Of a stretch of DNA of 59,705 bases, positions 53,377 through 59,705 are shown in pieces. The notes below the pieces were generated by a model. That model did no database searches. It saw nothing but the letters and a program-made list of their open reading frames with translations, and was not told the DNA's origin. The first letter of the stretch is position 1, and each line of letters opens with the position of its first letter. The stretch spans positions 1 through 59,705 of the forward strand of contig PSPG01000010.1 in the NCBI GenBank assembly GCA_003193925.1, given 5' to 3'. Source of the stretch: Candidatus Thalassarchaeum betae (lineage in GTDB: Archaea > Thermoplasmatota > Poseidoniia > Poseidoniales > Thalassarchaeaceae). A program made the position numbers and the translations under genes.

Positions 53377-56300
53377 TTACTGGCGTCGGCGGAGGTACTC
53401 TGCACCGTAGTAGTGCCACTGTTCCATAGTCCAGCCTGGGGGCAGTCCCTCGGGTGGCAGGGGCGGTGTCATCGGAGGCGGCGGTGGTACTTCCCCCATC
53501 AGGTCCGACTCGCCCGTCTCGGAGTCATCGTAATCCTCCTCGCGGACCGCGCTGGCGTAGTCGATTGCCGACTCGGAAGCGAGGCCCTGGCGTCGCAGGA
53601 CTAGGGCGAGCGAGAGGACCAGTGCGATGGCCAGCAGGAGTCCGATTCCGATCAATCCCGCCGACATCATGGCGCTCATACCGCCGGAGTCGGTTTCAGT
53701 GTCATCATTTCCGGGTTCATCGATGATCTCCTGTGGCTCGATGGCGTATATCCTGAGCTGTTCCTCCGTGACACGGTCGAAGTCGTTCTGGTCAACGCCT
53801 TCCACTATGAGGGTGATGTAGTCGCCGACGCCTAGGCCGGCGCCGCTGGCGGGGTTCACGATGAACGGCCCGTAATTGTGCGAGACGCCAGAGGAGTGGC
53901 AGACTCCAGTGATGCTGTTGCAGACCGTCCAGCCGACCCTGATGTCGGTCAGCACGTACGGCCCCACATTCTGGATGGTGAATGTCGGATTGGTGCCGTA
54001 CTCGACAGTGTCGAAACTAGCCACAAAGTCGGTTTCCCAGTAGAGAGGCAGGTCGTCGACTACGTGGACAGTGATGATGGAGGCACTGGCATCTCCGTGC
54101 CTGTCCTCCAAGGTGATGGTTACGACCTCGTCTCCAGACTCTTCCCATGCCATGGTCAGTATGCCGGTTATCGGATTGAACTGGGCTGCGCCGGGAACGA
54201 AGGTCATCGCCGTGGCCCAGATCTCCTCGTCGGGGTCATCGATGTCGGTCATCCTGTCGAGCAGCTCAAGGGTGATCCTCTCGCCGATCTTGACCGTGAA
54301 CTCTTCGATTCCCGTCAGGTCGATGCGGGGGGCGTCGTTGACGTTGAGGACGTGGAAGGTGATTATGGTGTCCGAGAACTTGACGTCGTCACTGGCCCTG
54401 ACGGTGATTTCGGAGATCCCGGTCGAATCATCGTCGAGCGAGCTGACCGAGAGGGTGTGGCCGGAGATGCTGGCATCGACGAGAGCCGTGTTGGAGTTCG
54501 CGAGTAACTCTAGCGTGAGTCCCGAGACTGGAACGGGGTAGCCGTTGTCATCGGTGTCGGACAGGTACTCGGTCAGCCCGATGCTGGCCGAGCCGCCCTC
54601 GTCGAAGGACTGCGTCGGGATCGGTGCCCACCTCGGAGCGCCGTTCTCTACCACGTTGAACATCATCATGCCTGAGTTCACGTCGTCGCCGTCGTCGACG
54701 GAGACGAACATGCCCTGCGGGATCGGGTTGCCCTGGACGTCCCAGATGACCTCGTCGAACTCTACGACTATCTCGAGTGTCGAGGAGTCCCACTCCACGA
54801 ACTCAGGCGAGTTGCTGTCGACGCTGAGCATAGAGAGCGGTGTCTCGGCGTCGTAGACGAGACCGATTACGGACACTCTCTCCTGAGTCTCTACCTTCAC
54901 GGTCGGCATGCCGGCGTACTGAGAGTATCCGCTGTCCAGAACCAAGGGAAGCCCGTTGCGCAGCTCGAAAGCCTCGCCGAAAATCAGCCAGTCGCTGGTC
55001 TGGCCGCCAGAATCGGTCCACTTTACCCTGAGGTCGTAGTTCCCTACCTCAGCGTTGAGCGGAGCCCCGATAGTGTGGACGTAGCGGGCGTTGCCACCGC
55101 TCCCGATCATGTCGGCAGAGATGATCCAGGCATTGTCCCACATCTCGGTTCCAGCCTTGGCGTAGTGCAGGGTCGGAGTCATTGTGGACATATCGTCCAC
55201 CATGTCGTTTGACAGAGCGGTCGACTCGAACTGGATGGTGCCGCCCCTCTCGATCGAGGTCGAAGCTATGGCCGTCGGCTGGTTGGCGACGGGCGGCATG
55301 TCGTGCAGCGCGTTGTCGTCGGCGTAGTTGTTCGACGAGACGCGGTCGCCGGTCAGGCCGGTGATCCTAGCTCGGAAGGTCGTGGAGCCAGAGGCGTACG
55401 GCGTGATGTCGGACGTGTCGAAACCAATCGTCAGAGTCTGAGTGCCGGCGGCGGCGAGGTTCGTGATAGAAGCGCCGCCGATGTAGTTCTCGTTGAGTCC
55501 CTCGAGCTCGTAAATGGTTATCTCGCCACCGTCGTTGTAGGGGTCGACGCCGTAGTTCGTGACCTCGACGCTGACATCCATGATGTCTCCCGGAACGAAG
55601 CCGAGGTTGCCGTTCTGGTTGTCGACCCGGAAGTCCGAGACGCCCACGTCGATGAGCGGGATCATGTCGAGGTCGACGGCCGAGAGGAAGGTGTTGTACG
55701 AGGCGTGCGGGCCGTCCATCAGAGCGAGGACGGGCCAGAAGTTCTCGAACTGGGTGTTCCCGCCTGCCGCCCTGACGGTGTTCAACGGAACCGTCCAAGT
55801 CCTCTCGGCGACGTTGTTCGGGGCCAGGGTCAACTCCTCAAAGCCGTTGTCGTTGCTGTTCAGCAGCCAATCCATCCAGTTGTGGTGAGGCCTGTTGCCG
55901 TTGTCGTAGGCGTCGCCGCCGAACTGCTCCGTGACTGCTCCGTAGAGGTACACGACGACCAAGGGCGACGAGCCCAGGTAGGTCACCTCGACGGTGATGG
56001 TGACCTCGTCGCCGGCGCTGTTCAGGACTGTGGAGAGTTCCATCGCGTATTCAGATATCTCGGAGCCCATGCATCCGCCGGCCTCGTAGTCGGCGTCGTA
56101 GTAGTTGGTTCCCGAAGAGCCGACCTTGTAGCAGGACCCGCTCTGGGCGTCGGCGAAGGCGAATGTCGGGTAACCACTGGAGGATGCCATCACGTGGTCA
56201 GTCCTGTAGATCGGGCCGTCGGAGGGCCAGCCTCCGGACTCGGACTCAAAGAACGAGACGAAGGTGAAGTCCTCGCCGTTCGAATTCTTGAGGTTGACAA

Positions 56301-56529
56301 GCGAGGGGCCTGCGCTGTCCATGCACGGTGGGCACCAATGTGCTCCGACGTATTCGCCGAACACAGCGTGCCCCGGGCTGGTTGCATACAGAGGCATTTC
56401 CTTCTGCTTCAGTTGTTCGCGTTCCTCGACCTTCTCGTCCATCACCATGAAGCCCGTGAAGGACATCACGACCACCAAGGCCGCTAGGGCCACCGGTTGG
56501 ACTATTGACAGCATCCGCGCCGCAGTCAT
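53377..56529 (-). CDS. Large cell-surface protein: Omp28/thioredoxin-like N-terminus, CARDB/cadherin-like domains, TM anchor, Pro/Trp-rich cytoplasmic tail
   Basis: GAHWCPPC...GYPTF; NVNDAP and NGAPRW cadherin-like motifs; TM helix; PPLPPEGLPPGWTMEQWHYYG. Confidence 0.78.
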   Translation of the reverse strand: MTAARMLSIVQPVALAALVVVMSFTGFMVMDEKVEEREQLKQKEMPLYATSPGHAVFGEYVGAHWCPPCMDSAGPSLVNLKNSNGEDFTFVSFFESESGGWPSDGPIYRTDHVMASSSGYPTFAFADAQSGSCYKVGSSGTNYYDADYEAGGCMGSEISEYAMELSTVLNSAGDEVTITVEVTYLGSSPLVVVYLYGAVTEQFGGDAYDNGNRPHHNWMDWLLNSNDNGFEELTLAPNNVAERTWTVPLNTVRAAGGNTQFENFWPVLALMDGPHASYNTFLSAVDLDMIPLIDVGVSDFRVDNQNGNLGFVPGDIMDVSVEVTNYGVDPYNDGGEITIYELEGLNENYIGGASITNLAAAGTQTLTIGFDTSDITPYASGSTTFRARITGLTGDRVSSNNYADDNALHDMPPVANQPTAIASTSIERGGTIQFESTALSNDMVDDMSTMTPTLHYAKAGTEMWDNAWIISADMIGSGGNARYVHTIGAPLNAEVGNYDLRVKWTDSGGQTSDWLIFGEAFELRNGLPLVLDSGYSQYAGMPTVKVETQERVSVIGLVYDAETPLSMLSVDSNSPEFVEWDSSTLEIVVEFDEVIWDVQGNPIPQGMFVSVDDGDDVNSGMMMFNVVENGAPRWAPIPTQSFDEGGSASIGLTEYLSDTDDNGYPVPVSGLTLELLANSNTALVDASISGHTLSVSSLDDDSTGISEITVRASDDVKFSDTIITFHVLNVNDAPRIDLTGIEEFTVKIGERITLELLDRMTDIDDPDEEIWATAMTFVPGAAQFNPITGILTMAWEESGDEVVTITLEDRHGDASASIITVHVVDDLPLYWETDFVASFDTVEYGTNPTFTIQNVGPYVLTDIRVGWTVCNSITGVCHSSGVSHNYGPFIVNPASGAGLGVGDYITLIVEGVDQNDFDRVTEEQLRIYAIEPQEIIDEPGNDDTETDSGGMSAMMSAGLIGIGLLLAIALVLSLALVLRRQGLASESAIDYASAVREEDYDDSETGESDLMGEVPPPPPMTPPLPPEGLPPGWTMEQWHYYGAEYLRRRQ

Positions 56530-56642
56530 CGTCCTTTCCGTGACGAGGCGCCGTATAACCGTGCTGTAGCCCGGGTAGGGGGGGATAATCGGCTCTATAG
56601 AGCCGCCGAAGCACTTGAAGCGTGAAGGCGAGCCGCGAGGCC

Positions 56643-57455
56643 ATGAGCGATGGCAGTGGGGGCGAGTGGGTCGCGCTGAGGGAGGACGACGGGCGAGCCT
56701 ACCTGCTCCGCCGGGCGCCCGGTGAGGTCAAGGTGAAGGGGCTCGGCAGGTTCGACGCCGAGCAGCTCTTGGACGGCTACTCGATCGGCGACAGGATCAG
56801 CGTCGGCCAGAAGTCCCTGACCATCGTCGACCCCGCGCTGCCCGAGGCTCGCCGGAACATGGCGCGGAGGGCTCAAGTCATCGGCGCGAAGGACTCGGGG
56901 TTCCTCGTTTCCTGGATGGGGATTGGGGTTGGATCCAGGGTGCTCGAGGGGGGACACGGCTCGGCCGGTCTCGCCATGCACCTAGCCAACGTGCTCGGCT
57001 CGGCTGGCACCCTCATCTCTGTCGAGTCACGGCCCGAGCACGCCGAGGTCGGCCGGGCCAACATGGAGCGCCTGTCCGAGGTGCTCCCCGAATTCCCCGA
57101 CTGGCACCTCATAGACGGCGACATGTCCGACATCGGCCAGACCGTCACCGAGATCTGCGGCTCGCTCGACGCAGCCATCATCGACATCGCCGAGCCGTGG
57201 CGGGTCGTCCCTGCGGTCGAGCCGCTCCTGCGGGCGGGCGGCAGGCTCGCTTGCTACTGCCCGACCACCTCCCAGCTCGAGAAGTCGTGGGAGGCGGCCG
57301 GGGAGCGGGGTCTGGTGATCGAGTGGGCCGGCGAGATAATCGAGCGCAGGTGGGTCAGGGCGAGCAAGGGCGGGGTTAGGCCCGGCAACCAGCCGATGGG
57401 GCACACCGCGTTCCTGCTCATCGCTGCCAAGGTGGCTCCGAGCGAGGAGGAATGA
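56643..57455 (+). CDS. trmI: tRNA (adenine-N1)-methyltransferase TrmI/GCD14 family
   Basis: RRAQVI..KD, VLEGGHGSA, DAAIIDIAEPW, HTAFL. Confidence 0.85.
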   Translation: MSDGSGGEWVALREDDGRAYLLRRAPGEVKVKGLGRFDAEQLLDGYSIGDRISVGQKSLTIVDPALPEARRNMARRAQVIGAKDSGFLVSWMGIGVGSRVLEGGHGSAGLAMHLANVLGSAGTLISVESRPEHAEVGRANMERLSEVLPEFPDWHLIDGDMSDIGQTVTEICGSLDAAIIDIAEPWRVVPAVEPLLRAGGRLACYCPTTSQLEKSWEAAGERGLVIEWAGEIIERRWVRASKGGVRPGNQPMGHTAFLLIAAKVAPSEEE

Positions 57456-57459
57456 CCAC

Positions 57460-57558
57460 ATGATTGTCACAGTCTTCCGTTCCCGACTCAATCCGGATAT
57501 CGGCGAGGAGTACACGGAGATGGCAGGCCGAATGAGCGGATACCTGAAATCGGACTGA
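57460..57558 (+). pseudogene. Truncated antibiotic-biosynthesis-monooxygenase (ABM) family fragment (MIVTVFRSRLNPDIGEEYTEMAGRMSGYLKSD)
   Basis: Manual translation. Resembles the MIVTVFRSRL.P....EY..MA.RM N-terminus of ABM-family proteins but stops after 32 aa; GAGGAGG upstream. Confidence 0.55.
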
Positions 57559-57578
57559 TCGGCGCGGCTCGAGAAAGA

Positions 57579-58073
57579 GTGAGTGGTTTCCTCATGGGCT
57601 GGATCGGCGAATTCAAGGGCAGGGTCGCCGATGTCGGTTGGACCTCGGGGAAGATGCTGCGCGAGTTCATGAGATTCAACGTCACGGGTTGCTTTAACTC
57701 GGCATTCGCATTCATTCTGTACGAATTGCTCTACCGGGTCAACATCTGGGATGCTCACACGGCCGTGGCGGCTTGGGTGGTATCCAGCATCATAGGGAAC
57801 GTCGAAGCCCACTATATGCACTACAGATTCACATTCAAGTCGGTCTTCAATTACACCACCAGCCTGAATAGGGCATTCTGGTGCTACACTGCTCTACTCG
57901 TAGTGACCACGACCTCGGAGTACTTCATGATAGAGAGATGGCTCATCAACCACCACATTGCTTGGCTGATCAACACCTGTCTGTTCGGCTTCCTGAACTT
58001 CGTGCTCATCCGCTGGCTGGCCTTCCCTCCCGAACTCGACGTTGCCTATATCGAGCGATTGTCGGATGATTGA
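57579..58073 (+). CDS. GtrA-family small membrane protein
   Basis: FMRFNVTG, 4 TM segments, RFTFK, NFVLIRWLAF. Confidence 0.78.
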   Translation: MSGFLMGWIGEFKGRVADVGWTSGKMLREFMRFNVTGCFNSAFAFILYELLYRVNIWDAHTAVAAWVVSSIIGNVEAHYMHYRFTFKSVFNYTTSLNRAFWCYTALLVVTTTSEYFMIERWLINHHIAWLINTCLFGFLNFVLIRWLAFPPELDVAYIERLSDD

Positions 58074-58122
58074 GCCTCCGAGCCCGATACCATTCAAAAC
58101 CCCGCCCCGACACGAGAGGGGC

Positions 58123-59532
58123 ATGAGGGACAGCAGCGGATGGAGGCCTACGGCCTACCGCTCCCACACCATCGGGCAGGTCGTTGCCAACGGCGCGGAC
58201 ATGGTCGGCTCTGAGGTCACCCTAGCGGGTTACGCCGAGACAGTGCGCGGGCGGGGCGCGATCTGCTTCCTGATGCTGCGCGATGGCACCGGCCGTATCC
58301 AGGCCTTCCTGAAGAAGGACAACATGGGCGAGGCGCTGTTCGACGCCATCCAGTCGGCCACCCGAGAGTCGACCGTCCAAGTCACTGGGACGGTAGCCCA
58401 GAAGCGCCCCCCCGAGGTCGCCGAGGGCGAGCCGTCCCCACCCCCGGAGTACGAGGTCAACGTTAGCACTGGCGCCATCCTAGCCGATGCCGCAGCCCCC
58501 CTGCCGGTGGGGGTCATCGACGAGGTCAACGTCGGCCTCGATGTGCGTCTAGACAATCGTCACCTCGACCTGCGGCGCGCGCATGTGAACGCCATGTTCC
58601 AGCTGCGCGCCAAGGTCCTGCAGTACGGCCGCGACCACCTGATTTCCGAGGGCTTCCAGGAGATCAACACCCCGAAGATCATCGTCGCTGCCGCCGAAGG
58701 CGGCACCAACCTGTTCTCGCTGCAGTACTTTGAGACCCCAGCATACCTCTCGCAGAGCCCGCAGCTGTACAAGCAGCTGGCAGTACTCGGAGGCCTCGAG
58801 CGCGTCTTCGAGATCGGTCCGGCCTTCCGTGCCGAGAAGCACGACACCTATCGTCACCTCAACGAGTTCATCTCCTTCGACATCGAGGGCGCGTGGATGG
58901 ACGACGAGGACGTGATGGGCGTTCTGGAGAGGATGATGTGCCACATCTGGAGCCAGGTCGCTGCCAACGACCTGGACCTGATTGACGCAGTCAACGTGTT
59001 CAGGGCGAGTCAGGGGCAGGATCCCGTGAGCGTGGAGGTCCCGAGCTTGCCCTTCCCCCGCATCCCCTACTGTGATGCCATCGATATCGTCCAGGCCGAG
59101 GGAGGCGAGATCGAGTGGGGCGAAGACATCGAAAGCCATCACTGCGACATCATCGCGACCCAATACCCGGGCTTCCACTTCATCTCGCGCTGGCCTATGT
59201 CGATGAAGCCGTTCTACATCCACCACAAGGAGGAGGAGAGGGGCTCGTCTGGCGGCCAGCTCAGCCGCGGCTTCGACCTGAACTACGGTCGTGACGAGAT
59301 GACCAGCGGCGGCCAGCGCGAGCACCGAGTGGATGTGCTAGAGCAGAATCTGCGCGATATGGGCCTCGAGCCTGCCGACTTCACCTTCTACACGGACGGC
59401 TTCCGCTACGGTGCGCCGCCGCACGCCGGCTGGGGGCTGGGTGTCGCCCGCTTGCTGATGGTGCTGACCGGGGCGAGCAATGTCCGCGAAGTCGTGCTTT
59501 TCCCACGTGATCGGTCCCGAGTGACCCCCTGA
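58123..59532 (+). CDS. aspS: Aspartate--tRNA ligase (archaeal type)
   Basis: OB domain, RLDNRHLDLR, LSQSPQLYKQ, FRAE, GAPPHAGWGLG, LFPRDR. Confidence 0.93.
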   Translation: MRDSSGWRPTAYRSHTIGQVVANGADMVGSEVTLAGYAETVRGRGAICFLMLRDGTGRIQAFLKKDNMGEALFDAIQSATRESTVQVTGTVAQKRPPEVAEGEPSPPPEYEVNVSTGAILADAAAPLPVGVIDEVNVGLDVRLDNRHLDLRRAHVNAMFQLRAKVLQYGRDHLISEGFQEINTPKIIVAAAEGGTNLFSLQYFETPAYLSQSPQLYKQLAVLGGLERVFEIGPAFRAEKHDTYRHLNEFISFDIEGAWMDDEDVMGVLERMMCHIWSQVAANDLDLIDAVNVFRASQGQDPVSVEVPSLPFPRIPYCDAIDIVQAEGGEIEWGEDIESHHCDIIATQYPGFHFISRWPMSMKPFYIHHKEEERGSSGGQLSRGFDLNYGRDEMTSGGQREHRVDVLEQNLRDMGLEPADFTFYTDGFRYGAPPHAGWGLGVARLLMVLTGASNVREVVLFPRDRSRVTP

Positions 59533-59648
59533 GCTTCCGGACTCACGAGGATTCACCGACCTTAGACTGGCCTTTGAATATCAGCGACCGAGGTGTATAT
59601 TACTAGTAAGCAGGGATTCAAATATGGGGCGCATGGCGCTCGCATTCT

Positions 59649-59705
59649 ATGGACCTTGGTACGCTGGTACTCGCAATCATCCCACTGCTGGTAGTCGTCG
59701 ACCCG
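59649..59705 (+). CDS. 5' fragment of a probable MarC-family membrane protein (runs off the window)
   Basis: Manual translation MDLGTLVLAIIPLLVVVDP resembles the MarC TM1 L..VVDP motif. Confidence 0.5.
   Translation, partial: MDLGTLVLAIIPLLVVVDP

Overview
High-GC (roughly 60-65% by eye) archaeal chromosomal segment. Gene content and sequence style point to Marine Group II Euryarchaeota (Poseidoniales, Thermoplasmatota); this assignment is inferred, not searched. Most of the window is core genome: PolD small subunit, NOB1, TatA, TyrRS, AspRS, TrmI, LonB, eL37/eL42/eS27/eL40, the aIF2alpha-Nop10-PAC2 cluster, purF, purA, ETF, acyl-CoA dehydrogenases, pdxT, serC, deoC, pruA, transporters and four tRNAs (Glu-TTC, Val-TAC, Ser-CGA, Val-CAC). 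Several enzymes look bacterial-type (class II CCA enzyme, HMG-CoA synthase, PurF, SerC). I found no CRISPR array, rRNA, transposase or integrase. The most unusual items are: (1) a ~990-aa PKD lipoprotein whose C-terminal half is a near-strict 21-residue repeat of Dx[DN]xDG loop plus beta-strand, encoded next to a membrane-anchored winged-helix regulator; (2) a large surface protein ending in a cytoplasmic PPLPPEGLPPGWTMEQWxYYG motif; (3) an HNH/multi-zinc-finger gene and a small membrane ORF joined by duplicated 16-bp stop/RBS/start junctions just past the tRNA-Glu 3' end; (4) a Cas4/AddB-like nuclease fused to OB folds; (5) a minimal SerK-like kinase, an H-protein without the lipoyl lysine, and an eL42 that has lost its zinc ligands.
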